Shown here piece by piece: positions 26,956 to 40,466 of a DNA stretch of 64,000 bases (positions are counted from its first letter, which is position 1; each line of letters begins with the position of its first letter). The notes beneath the pieces are model-generated. The model did not search any database. It saw only the letters and a list, made by a program, of their open reading frames with translations, and was not told the DNA's origin. This DNA comes from Yuukianura sp. NJ FZ-2021 (Eukaryota), in the NCBI GenBank assembly GCA_046563655.1, contig CM102285.1, positions 3,596,001 to 3,660,000 on the forward strand, written 5' to 3'. The position numbers were made by a program, and so were the translations under genes.

Positions 26956-29900
26956 TTCTGGTCATTACAGACCGTTAGGACGAAGAGTTTTGACATTTCA
27001 GATGTTATAAGTCCTCGTTAATGTTCAAAATGTTGCATAAATTTATAGCACATTATTTTAAATACCAAAGTATAATATTTCAAAACCCGGTTAGACTTCC
27101 TGTGATTAATATTCTGCCGTTTTGTAAAGTATTTTAAGGAGAGTATGACGGATGAAGACAGTTTGGTTGTGTTCGCTCTAAAAGCTTACGGAAGTTGGTA
27201 ACACCAGTTGTCAGAATTTAAGGTTAAAAGTGACTCTGGTTAAATTTTGAAAATATAAGAGTCCTATGGAGTGCCGGGAAGCCATTGGACCTGCATGGCA
27301 ATCAGAAATCTTAATTCCACCCACGCAACTACTGACTAATCCTTAAATATAACTTGACACGTAAGCACGAAGCGTAAATCATAAGGTAATAAATTACATT
27401 ACGAAACAACATCCACAAAACGCCAGTTCCTCTCAACCTAAAAGAAAAAGGAACAAGAACCGACTGACTCCAAAGTGACTCAAGCAGAACGAACTCACAG
27501 GGCAAGGAACATTGTGCGTCTAATTCCCGCAGAATAAGATGAATGCATATCTAAGCCTCAAATCTAGAAAGCTAGGGTTCAAGTCCAAAAATTCCAACGT
27601 TTGTCTTAATTTTAAATCTAAAGCTTTTGAACAGGAAGCAGCAATTGACACTTGTAAAACTTTTGGAATTGTTAAGCCATAAAACGTAAAAAAACTTGTC
27701 TTGTTGTAACTTATTCACATCACTTCATTAAATAAAATTTTACGTTAGGTTCTTTCGCCGTTAACAATGTTATGAAATCAAACCCGACGAAATACCATAT
27801 ATTTTATTTCACTTTTTCAAATAAACTTAACTTCTTTCCATTTTTGACAAAAAAAAAAACTCATTCAGTTGAGTATATTTCTCAAATAAAACATGTTGCT
27901 ACAATTTTCCAAAATAATGTAGTCTTGTGTATTAAAAAATCCAAATTTTTCATCACCTATGGTCAAAAGTTTCAAAAACTAACAACTTTTTGTTCAATTT
28001 TCAAAAAACAAACGTTTTGGTAATTTAACGTTTTGAACTTCCTCGCCCGTTTTTTCCTTCCAACTTGCTAGTTTTTTTAACTTTGTGCCAGCTTTTCACC
28101 CAAAAACTTTTAGTATTTCCTCTAAATTTTTTTTTATATTGAATACAGAACCATAAAACTGAAGGTGTTTTCACATTATTTTTTCACGTTCTTTTTTATT
28201 CGAGACAAAAGTAATCAAGAAATGAAGTGGGTCCCGTGGGATAAGGGGAGGGGGACTTGATTAATTTTTCTCATTTGACTCCTTGACTCTTCCAGAATTT
28301 TGGACGTGAAAATGGTATTTTATTGACTGCGCCACTCATTTCCAAGTCCCTTCAAATGATGGCTTCGTTAGTACCTCTGTACAAAAAGTTGCGTTATTAT
28401 CCGCATCGTTCATTCCGTGCTGCAGAGCTATGTAGATTCCATTTGCAACTGGAACTTTTTTTAGTAAAAGTAACGAAGTGGTGCAGAAGTAGGAGCGTAG
28501 TTAACTTATCCCATGGATTATGGATCTCATGCATAAAATTCATAAGAAGAACTTTTTGTTTTGGTAGTTTACCATCTTTTTTTGGAGTCGTTTTTATTTT
28601 TGTGAAAGTCAAAAGTCCTATTCAAAATTCAGTTTTCCTTATGTTCACGAACAATGAGTCACTTCTGCTTTTAGAAGTTTAGGACTTCAGGTTTATCCTT
28701 ACTATCAAGTTGCATGACTGGACAACCTTTCTCCCGAAATATTCAAATTTTGGCGGTTTTGTAGTAAAACATGTCAAGAGGCTGGAGAAGGTAGAAAGGT
28801 TTTTGAAATTTAGAGTTTTACTATTTAAAAGCTGCCGCGAGATCGTGCGGTCCATTTCCTCTTTGGAAGTGACAGGCCTTTAAATATATTAATCTCAATC
28901 AGTCACTTTCTCTTTAGCACTTTTTGGCACTAAAATATTCAAATTGCTCCGAATTAAGTGCAACTTTGTTCTAAAACGTTGTTTCAGAATTCAGAAATTT
29001 ATGTTAGGTAATTAAACTTAACCACAAATGGAAAATTTCAAATTTTCGGTTAACTTTTCCATATGAAAAAGGTTTTAAACGTTCATGTGAAAATCCGAAA
29101 TTTATGTCAAAACTTAGGATTAATCATGAGGTATATTTTGAAACTGAAATAAATGAGCTCATGTTAAGCTAAAATAAAGCTCAAAAGCCGCAAGTGGTTT
29201 TCACCTCTCCGTGCGTAATTACTCAAATGAAACTAAAAAAAAATCACATTAAAAGAAAAACTAACCAAATGTAAAATTTTTGTCGGTGGGAAAAATGTTG
29301 TTAAGGATGACGCACAAAAGTAACACTACCAAAAGTTCCTCATTAGCCTTGACGTGATTGAATGTCGTGCCGTTTTAAAGCTCTTCCAAAAATAAAAAAC
29401 GCATTTTTTAAACACTTCTGTAAAAAAAAGGGCATTTTTACAAAAAAGTTTAATTATAATTTTTAAAACTGCTGTCAAGTAGAACTAACGAGCTGGGTTG
29501 AATGAATCAAATGTCAAGGTGTGAGATTGTTCAAAAGTTATGCGCAGCTAAGTAAACCAGTTAACTGAAACGCAGATTTTTTTGGAAAAATTATCAAGTT
29601 TTTCACGGCAATTTAACCGTATGCTTATCCGAGTTATTGCACTCTGGCTAAGTGGACGACGAATGGAAAAAAAAATGTTTCAAATGCTTGCCTGTACATA
29701 AGTCGGTTTTGTCTATAACAATGTTGCATAAAAATGAATTTATGAATCAAGAACTCTAAAAACTGGCAATTATTGTAGCGAAACATTTTCTTTTCTTTTT
29801 TTAAATTGCATTTTTGTTTCAAAAACTTGTTTGAAAGTTAACTTTTGTTGATTAAGTAAGTACATAGTATAAGTATAAGATTAAAGTAAGTATGCGTTCT

Positions 29901-32900
29901 TTGGAATGGTTAGTTGAAAATGATAGTTATGATTGTAATAAATAAAATTATAAACCCTGTTTGGTAGGAAAATTGAAATCTGATAAAAAGTTAGTTTATG
30001 AACGTATAGCTTTATGGTTTTTCTTATTTCTTCCACTTGGATCCACATGGAGCAATTTCAATTCAGTTCAAAATGGATGATGGGCAAGATGACTTTGACA
30101 GAAGAAACGAAAACCACTTTGGTTATGGATGATTGATTTCAGAAGAGGAATTTACCTCTGCGACCAGAAACAGTAAAACTTGAAAAAAAAATCAACTTTG
30201 AGTTTTGACGAATATTTCAGACAGGAAGGGGAAGGGATGCGAACAGGAAAAATTTCAATTTTTATATCCCGAAAGCTATGTAATTACTTAACTTAATTAA
30301 TGCAAACAAAATTTCAAGTTGATTTTTAATGTTGATGCAAAACTTGATGTTTGATTTTATGATCAAGAACAAAGTTGTTGAAAAAAACACACCACAAAAT
30401 TCTCAACTTGAACATTTCTGTATTTTTTCCAAAGTCTTGTCTATTAATTTTCAAACACAAAATTTTTCAACGAGGTGGCCAATTCGGTTTTGAAATTAAC
30501 ATTTGTGAAATCAACATTGACTTTTTGACCTTGAGGTTATCGTTTGTTGTTTAAAGAATGGATTGATACTGAAACTCTGACGCAAAATGATTTATGAATT
30601 TTGGTTTAAGTTAGTTTTAGTAATTTCATTGTTATTTTTTGTTTTCCAATCTCCGTAGAAAAGCATTTCATCTGCATACCGGTGTGAGACTGATGGTGAA
30701 ACCCCTGGGCAGCCTTATTGTTACTTTGGAAAATGCAAATGTGACTAAAGCACAATTGAATTGCATAAAATCACTTTCACTTTTCCAGAGTGTTTTCTGG
30801 GCTGTGCCCAAGTATGCATGTGCCTCTTATTGAATTAACAACCAAATTGAAAATAGTAAGGGGAGACATGTGGAAAAGGTGTATTCATGTAAAAGACATG
30901 TATTCATTCCGCCTCCATGCAAAAATTCATTCCGACATGACATCAGACTTACCCGCCCCGGACAAATCCACGTTCCGTCGTCACTCGCCTTCGAACAGCT
31001 ATAACATTGAGATCCTTCATTCTTTGTTAGTAGCTTCAACACACAGGAATCATCAATTCCGGACACAAACCAACGCCCAGAGCAGATGAAACTTAAAACA
31101 ACATAACTGGCAACTGTATCATTACTTTACACGTTTGTCAAACACCTATATTTTGGTTTTCAAATTCAATCTATATCACTTTTTTTAACTTTCTAATTTC
31201 ATCAATTTTCCAAAATAAAAACTTTTTCAACAGAAATTTTTAGGAATTTGTCAAACCATAAACTTTCTGCAGGATCACAAATTAAATCTTCAGTTTTTCA
31301 ACTTGAACTAAATCTGAAAGCTTACAACAAACTTAAAAAAAATTATACGTTCGAGTTTCTAAGTAATACTTGTGCATAAAACATTTCGTTCTAGCGGCGA
31401 AACACTCTGGGTTGACATAGCACATCTCCGTATATGTGTAACTACAGTAGGTAACCATCGCAGCTATGTTTATAACTTCACTTAAACCTTAACTTAAAAT
31501 GTTGTAACCACCGTGGTTGTTTCTAGTTGTGATTTTAGTTGACTGTTCGACTGTTTTGTTGCGGTTACCGCGCGCGGGATGGTTACACTAGATGCTGTTC
31601 TGGCTTGCTTCAACCAGACGTCGAAACCATTTTTTGGTTAGACAAACCCATAGGGAACCGACCACTATGGAAATACAATGAAATCTAACAAAAATTGATT
31701 TTCACTTAAGAACCATCATCTACAGGAGTCTTTCCTTCGAAGGTTTTCCAGAAGGAATATTGATTGACCGTGGCATTGTCCTTAGGAAGTACCCGGAGTT
31801 CTAGATACGGGCTTTGGATTCTCCCGCCTAACTCAGCATGATTATGTGATGTGAAATGTGACTACGACCTGTCAATCCTGTCTACTTTCTCCTGACTAAT
31901 GTTGGAACTACGGCTTCCAGTTACTCCGCTTACGAGAACCAAACATGCAAAGCATCCCAGGCCATTACTACAATTACTCTGCCAGTAGCTCCAGCGTTTC
32001 CTTGTCCAACCTAACCAATGTTCATGTCTAGTCACGAAAGAAACTAGGACTTTCCTTAGGAAAGGAATTCCCCCAAGAAGCTTCAGGTATCAAGTAATTG
32101 ATATCCGAAGGTGGTTGCTCTTCAATTAAAGGCAGTTCAAATTGATTTCCCTTTCAATTTATGGTTTTGTGGTCTGGAGTAAGAGGCTTCCAACTTCAGA
32201 GGCTGTTGTAAACTGCGGTTTCGGAACAATGGAGCATGGTTGGAGGACGCGGTTTCAATTCAAAACGACAGGATGAAACGGAAAGGGCACAGAAAGATCA
32301 CTTCAAAACTTTTCATTTCCTTAGGGACCCTTAAGGTTCCTCTTTTTTACTTCCTAAATTCAAGGACTCCACCACCACTGTGCTAAGGGTCGCAAATCCT
32401 CAAATGGACCAGAAAATGACCCTAAAATTTCTACCTCAATTCAGTTTTTGTGGTTTTCCAAAAAAAAAACACGTAATTTTGTCATAAAAAATTTTATTTA
32501 ATAAAAATTTAATAAAAACATGCTCAAAATGTTCAAAATATTAACTTAACTCATTTTGAAATGCAGGCAACGTTATGTAGTGCTGAATTCAGAAATTATG
32601 AAACGTTTTAAAAGAATTGTTAAAAATTCATATAAAGTATGTTATTTTAGTACGTTTGAACTCATCTTCGGCTATATTTGCTATTCACTTTGAGTAAATT
32701 CTGCAACCAGCAGGAGAGCTACCAAGCGCAGAGTGGATGGCAAACATGAGGATCGAATCCTTTTGTGTCCTGGAAGATCAGTTGCTTTTTGCTACGCTTG
32801 TAAAGGGCTGGAGAGAAGAAGGCGGGGAAGAAAAAAAATGCAAAAGACGAGCGAGAAGAACCTGAACTAACTATGCCCGAAAAAAATTTTTTTGAAGGAA

Positions 32901-35900
32901 TTGAATGGAAATAGGAAAAAAAAGTTGAAGCTTTTAATAGATCCAAGATGGAAAGAAAAAGAAGAAAACTCCGAATCTGAAGCAACTTTTTTTTTTTGCT
33001 AAAACTCTGCGGGAGATCTCTACCGCTACTCTACTCTCCGAAATTATTACCCGGGTTTCTTCTCCGTCCCCCAGGTTTCTAGAAAAACCTAACCGGTAGA
33101 GAAAAACCCCGCTTTTTTTTGAAACCCCGAATCCAGGAAGACGCTTTTTTCCCGAGTTTCATCTTACATTATTTCTGGCTTGAATTATTCACATCACCCC
33201 CACTCACTCTTTAGTTCCCCGTCACTTTCCTCCAATTTCAACTTTCTCTTTTCAAAAAATTTAATTTCAAACAAAAGTTCCGCGGGTTATCGACCACCTT
33301 TTTCCTCTCTTTGGTTTCAAATTCTACGCTTTCTGGACCACAAACTCTGAAATAAAGGTTAGACTAACCTGAAACCTAGGTTAGTTTTTTATAAAAAGTT
33401 GAAAGTTTTTAACCCTTTCAAAGTCAAGGATCAAGGAAGAAAGCGTAAGAAGAGCCCTTTAAGTCCCCCATTATTTTTTATTCCTTCACATTACGCTTCT
33501 CAACTCCGTACATACTAAGCATGTGGGACGTTGGAGCCTTTAGAACATCTTCAAGTGTTTCATTGTTCCCCCGCCTCCACAAACCCTTATAGGGAGGGGG
33601 GGGGTCCCTTCGTAACGTTAAAAAGCGAAGCCTTAAATTGTGATCTTTACATTAACATTCTTGAATAGGAGGGATACGGCTAACGGAGATTTGGCGGGTT
33701 TCAAGGGATCCAAGAGGAGCCCTTGGATCTTAACCCTTTCCTTTCTTTTTTGTGCTTTCCTTCGAGATGCTCATAAAAGATGCTGGAGGGGGGGACCCTC
33801 AGCTATTTTTTATCACAGGACGCTTATGGACGGTCACTCACGAAGAGGCTTCTGATCGGCGTAAAGCCAGGGACGATCACTTCTGGCCATTGACACGACA
33901 TGACCTGGCCAACTGAGATCCTGGCAAGCGAGCTATGACTTTCTGGTTATGTAGAATTTTCGTCCTCCAGGTTTCTTCTTTTGCAGGGTCCATATGTGGC
34001 CGTCCACGAGAGTCCATGAATCGATGCGTTTTTGTACCTGTTCGGAGGAAGGGGCCCTTAAAGTGCCTGCCTGCGTGATAAGATGTGGAAATTAAAGACA
34101 GATGAGAAGGAGAAAACCGACCGATATTTTTTTTTACTTCATCTTCTTCAATTTCCTTGTCCATAAAATGTGGAACCCTTTTAATCCCGAATTCTGGAGG
34201 CTTCGTTTCTCTGGCTGAGGAAAACCTTGCCCTGGAGGACTTAAGTCCCCCCTACAGCATTTAGTACACATAAAAGTCAATCCACACCGTTCGAATCAAA
34301 TTCTTCAAGACATTGAACTTGAAAACTCGACCTTGAGAATACTTGAATTTCTACAAAGGTCACACAACATTTCATACGTCCATCACTTCCTCTAGTACCT
34401 AAAATAATTGCAAAAGTACCTTAAGCCAAAATCTGTTTACTTTTAAAATGTTTTTCATGTAAAGAAATTAGATGGGAATCAAAGGAGGAAAATGCGTCGA
34501 CCATGTGTAAAATACATAATTTCAGGTGTTTCAACGGTAGGGGTCAAGTAGAGGTCATTCTCAGCATAAAACTAAACTAGTAGAAGTGAAAAAAGGAATT
34601 CAAATGGAGCTGCCACGCCAAGTGCCACTCCCATTTCCTTGCACATCTTCCTGCGTTTGACAGCCACGGCTTCAAACCAGTCTTCCCTGCCAAATTCCTT
34701 GGAAAGTAAAATTTGATATGGCGGATTGAATGGCTTTCTGCGCAGCATGGAACTCCCAAGATTTATTCGTTCCTATTAGGTTCCACCCTAAGAAGAGTTA
34801 ACAACAAAATCCAAGAATGTTCGCAGCATCCCAGCATTTGCACGTTTCAAACAAGACAAACACGTTTGAATCCCATTTCCATCGTTAGCAACGTCCAAAA
34901 AGCAAGTTAGCAAACTACGTTTAACTAGATAGATAACCAACTACAATGGTTTTCGAAATTTTATGGACATTCACCATAAGGTATACATTGTATGAACAGA
35001 CTTCGTGACGACCGATGTTAACAAAGTTAGCCAATCAGAAGGCTTGGTCAGTCGCGACAAAAAATGTTGGGAACAAACATTTTATAGACAAAATTTGAGA
35101 ATAGGCAGCTATGGACGCAAGGTTGCTATAGCAACAAAATAGTTTTCCTTTAACAGGTTAGGCAATAAGTACCGTTTTCGAAAAATCTTAGCTAAAAAGT
35201 TAGTTAACTTTGCAATCCGTCTCCCTTCAGTTTCGTTATGATTTGGAAGCTACCCTGCAGTGTACAGGTGAAGCAACGGCGGATATAAAGGCCCTTTGTC
35301 TTCAGTATCATTCCTGCCTTGGGAGTGTCCACTGATCTGTCTACGTGCATAAATAAATGGTGGCTTAGAGGAGGGCCCTTGCAGGGCTCCTGAAATTTTA
35401 TTCAAACTAAACAGCCTCCTGACTCGGAATTCATTTCAATTTAAACAAAAGAGGAGAGAGAGCCCTGCAGGGGCCCTTAAACAACGAACAACTGCATCTC
35501 TTCCAAAGGCATCTTGGATTCAACGTCTATGCAAACGAGCAGGAACACAAAGGAAGTCCAGAGTTCAATGGCGTCTATACCCTATGCAAATGAGGAGTAA
35601 GATGCTTTCCCAATAGAAATGGTGCTGCTGAATGCAGAAGCCTTTTGCAGAATAAAAGCAATCCATGGTTCTTTGATAATGACAATAAACAAGAGCAATG
35701 GCCACTTCCCAAATGGAATTTAGAAGCACAAACAGAGCCCTTTGAATTTTTGAAATATGCTAAGTACCCGGGAGAAGTGAAACAAAACGACTGCGTTGTT
35801 AGGTTTTAAATGTGTGTCAAAGGGAGAGGGCCCTTGGAGGATATTTGACTTAAGGGATAGTGCGTATCAAAGCTCGAATTGATGTTGTTCAATAATCAAT

Positions 35901-38900
35901 TCAAGTACTAAACCCTCTTCATTTCCATGTTTTCATCACTCAGACGCAAATAATTTAACCAATATCTTTAGTATAGCGGAATTTTTATAAGGGCCCCTGA
36001 AAAAAATTCTATTTTTTGTCTTTTGAAAACAGCAGGGTTTCGTTTTTATGTCACACAGGACGGATCAAGTTACGATGATATTGCTATGGGGGTTGCTTTA
36101 GTTTTGGTCGTTCTTATGTCATGTAGTTTAGTAAAACAGTGAACTGGATGTCTGTTGGTCTTCCAGCTGCGCAGTGGACAGAGGCATCTACTGCGCAACT
36201 TTCATTTCAATACGACATTTTCATATTCCGTACAATTTTTGACTTTTGAAAATATTCAATTTTTTTTTTGTTGGTTTCAAAATGTTTTGTTTTCAATTTC
36301 ATGTTTGATAAAGAAAAACATTTTACCCTTACAAGTCCAATCTGTTAGTACCAAAAGAGAAGCAATAAAAAAAATAGAATTTTTTTTTGAAAAGCAAAAA
36401 CATGTTTTTCGAAAGCAAATGAAACAAAATTCTTGATTTAGTTTTTTTTTCCATAAAATAGTGAACATATTCTTGTTTTAACTAATCACCAATCATGTAA
36501 AAATTATCTAAAGAAAAATTGAAGCTTACGACAAAAACTTTTCTAAATGCAGGAAACACAATTTAAAGGAACGTCAGAAAAAATACAATCAATAACAAGA
36601 GTTTAATAAAAGACGTTTAATTTTTCAAAAGGTTGTACATTTTGAAAACTTTTAATTTGCCTAAATTAATTTGTGTAATTTGGTCAGTTCATAACCATTT
36701 TCTCATTCCAAAATGAACTCGAGACTAATTTAGCCTTTAATTACGCAAGTGTACGTCATTGTTACTTAAAATTATCCAGTGTTTGCCGCCTTGCTTTAGC
36801 TTTAAAAAAATTTAAAAAAAAAAACGAATCCTCAGGTGATAATTTTGAATGTAAAGGCGACGGTGACCCTGTCGGAGGGAAAGCCAGTTGACAAAGGTGA
36901 CCTTTTTGAAAATGCTTTTTGAAAATGTGTTTTTGAAAATCATAATAAAAGCAATAACCTCTCGATTTCATTTGTGATGTTATTGATTTGGAGGATTGTA
37001 ATAATGGAAATCCGAAGGGGAGTTATTTCCAATCACACTCAAATCATAACACAAAGTCCTCTGAGCCCCTATTACTCATAGTTGTGGGGCGTCCTTTTCA
37101 ATATTTTGGCACAACGAAAGTCAAAGGCTGTTGTCTCTTTTGGATTAGAATAACAATTCCCATTAATCAATAACCTCCCAGCAACATAACAACTGATGTT
37201 CTCTAAGTTTTAGTAGAAACGTAACGTTTTCGGGCAAAGAAACATATCTTCGGTCATTGCTTCAATTCTAGAGGTCAATGACCTCAATGCTACAGAAAGA
37301 GACAAGAAAAAACAAAAAATCGAACTTGATGTTTGATTTCTTTTATACTGAAGCATCGTTTCAGAATGTGAACATTTTGGACAAGAGTTTAGCAAAAGCA
37401 CATGAGCGAAGAATAAGTTGGGAAGATGAGAGCCATGGGCAGATGGAGAGATGATGTCGACAGAACAGCAAAGTAAAAAGTTGGTTATTCAAATATGTTC
37501 TTGGTGGTTGAACTATTAATCTTGACTTTGAGCAGATGAAAAGCCCTGGGAAGAAGATGAGATGCTCAAAAAAACTAGCCCATCATCATCATGCCTCATT
37601 TGAGCAGAAAGGACTTTTATGCATATCAAACTCTCTGGATCAGATCAAAATCAGAGCCTCACTTAGGAATCAAGCATTATTCAGAAAAAGCCTCTTTAAT
37701 CTTCGTCTCCTGCCATTCAGGATATGAGATCCCATTCTACTCAGCTTTACATTTTCATCCAACATCTAAGGAGATGTGATATGCATGTCAGTTTCACTTC
37801 GTACTACTCATGTGGCTCACAAAGTTTGAAACCGATTCGGTTCAAGTGCTAGCTAACAGAGTAAAAAATTTTCTGACTCATTTTGGCAAGAATTTTCAAA
37901 AAATTCCAACTTTCACTCACGATTCCTATGACAAAGTCATTTTCAAACGCCAATATTACACGCAATCTTAAACTTAACATTTTTGCAACCATTTCAAAAC
38001 CATAAACAAAACAAAGACAAAATCACGAGGGTGCCATAATGTAAAGCTAGCGTAATCTTAACATACTACAGTTACGTTAGCACGATGTGCTAATCTACAA
38101 CTAAACCCATTTTTCACACTTTCACCAAAGAATTTGAAGAATTTAGTTCAGTTAGACCAAACCTTGTCGAGCAATCTGTGGTTTGCAGTGCTTGCGGTGA
38201 AATTCAAATTAGATTACTGAAAGCGGACTTTTTTTTGTTATAATTTTGTTAAACAAAATCGCGTAATAATAAGAGTTTTGTGAAATCACGAGTGGGTAAC
38301 ATTTTTGGTCAATTTTTTAAACTGATAAATTTCGGAAATTGTGATTCCCAAAACTAATCACGTCATTTTTATTTTTCTCAACTTTTATATACAACTTTTT
38401 TCAGTTTTTAATTTTCTGCACTCTACAGTTTTCGCGAATTGTTTAAAATGACAGCCGCTCTTAAGAATTCGGCTCGAAGCCTCTGAAATTTCGTGGACTA
38501 TTCGAAAGTTCTTGGAAATTTTGAAAGTTCGTGGCATTCTGGAGGAGTTTGTGTAGATATACGCTCTGTTTGCTCTGGAAATAAATGTTACCCTGCGTTA
38601 TTGCAATTTGTACAGACAACTACTCAGACTTTGTAAATTGTTAAAGTAACTCTGGAGGAAAAAGAGGGTTGGTTATTTTGAAGTTGATTTAGGCCGAAAC
38701 CCTCAATCTACGACATGTTCAATTTGATATTCACGTTTTGTTCCACCTTTTCTCGGTGAAGTACTTGAGAGCCTTATACCTTACCAACATCCCTATTATT
38801 ACTTCCCATGCATATTCATATTGAACAACCAAAAAGCAGCACAAGGGAAACCGTTGGAAGTCTCCTGCTCAATTTTTTGTTAGCTTGAATTTACCATTAA

Positions 38901-40466
38901 CGATAGGGTTACCAGATCCATCTGGTTTTTCAAACACTCTGAGAATAATCACAAAAGAACAAAGCAGAACAAGAACAACGGGAAAATGGAAATGTTACCC
39001 GGGTTTCTTCTCTGGAGCTCCGAAGACTCATGTGAATAGCTATGTCAACGCAATAATATATTTTTAAAAATTCTAAAAAGAAGAAAAAAGTTCGCCGTCT
39101 GAAATTTATCAATTTCTAACAGAACTTTTCCAAAAAAAAAGAGTAATTTTCAACTTTGGAAAAAACATTTTTTTTTTTGCGGAAAGGGCGAAACGCTGCC
39201 TTGCTCAGAAGTTTTCAAGAAACCTTCGGAGAAAGTGGAGAAAGTTTTCCCGCGAATTTTCAAATGTGATCGTTCAAATTCCCGGACATGCTGCTTTTAA
39301 CTAAAAAGCAAAGAGTGAATAACGTATTCTAAAGTTAAACTGTGTTAGGTGACCCTGAAGAATCTTTCCGGCGGAAGGGACTTGAAAATTTAGAAAAGCG
39401 AGAGGGAAAGGACATGGAAGGACTCTTGAGGAGACAATGAGGCATGAGCATGGTAAATTGCCGGTTTCCTAGCATTAACGACAAGACATTTTGAGAATGT
39501 AAGCGTTAACCAAACAATGTCATCAAAGGGACGTATCAGGAAGGGATGGACTCCGGGTTATCCTAGAGTGTGTGTATAGAAGACTTCTTGTGGATCGACT
39601 TGGAAATGTTGAATTTTGAGAAGAATGGAAACCCTATGTCCTCGATGGAATCAAATCCTGTCAAAGAAATTAAAGGTCGTTTGTATTCCAGTCACGAGCA
39701 AAATTCTGAAGGAGTTTTCATCATGACAATTTTTCGTCATTTACCAAACACATAACCCCCTCGCATGTTTAGTACTTACACGGGCATCGTTTCTCCCGCC
39801 AGTTCCAACAACGTTAAGCGTCCGTTACATTGATCAAGGCCCTTAGAGATGCAATGACTGAACTTGGAACTAGTTCCGTGCACCAGGTAACCCGTTTTCA
39901 ATTTAAAAGCTTTCAAAACAGGGTTCCGCAGTTAACATTAGTCTCCGCTTGTCCGATACTGAATCTAGCGCAAAGCAATTCAGAAGCGCCGATGTTTTAA
40001 ACGAGGCGAGAGCGGAAACGACGGATTAAAACGAAGGAAAAACGTTTTTTCACTCAAAGTTTTCTGTCAACTTCACATGAAGGTGCAAAACGCATCAAGA
40101 ACTGAACCAGTGAACGCTCGCAATGACTTTCTGATTTCAATAATGTTTGACTAACGTGAAAAAAAAACTAAAGAGTTAATCGCGTGTCATGGACTAAAAT
40201 GAACCAGCGTTTTTTTGCGAAGTTTTCTGCGCCGCGAAATGTAAATTCGCGGATAACCACTAAATTGCAGTAGCGGAGTTGATCATGCCGAGCTCTACTT
40301 GGCCGTTAGTGGCTGAGGTTGTAAAATGGACTTCCAGGGAATCTGATAATAAATAAGACACTTTATTTTAGTCTTCCAAAACAGGAACAATGAGTGTGTG
40401 ATACGAAATTAATTGGCAACTAAAAGAAGGAGTGGTCGTGGGAGATTCAAAATTCAAAACGGATAG

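Noticed and set aside
32800..32985. Purine-rich + strand stretch reading like a Lys/Glu-rich protein
   Set aside because: Interrupted by in-frame stops, with no flanking splice pair.
791..39755. Many 60-210 aa ORFs in the first 40 kb (e.g. 14631-15263, 6253-6705, 1547-1930)
   Set aside because: No recognisable motifs, no consistent exon chain, and composition typical of chance ORFs in AT-rich DNA.
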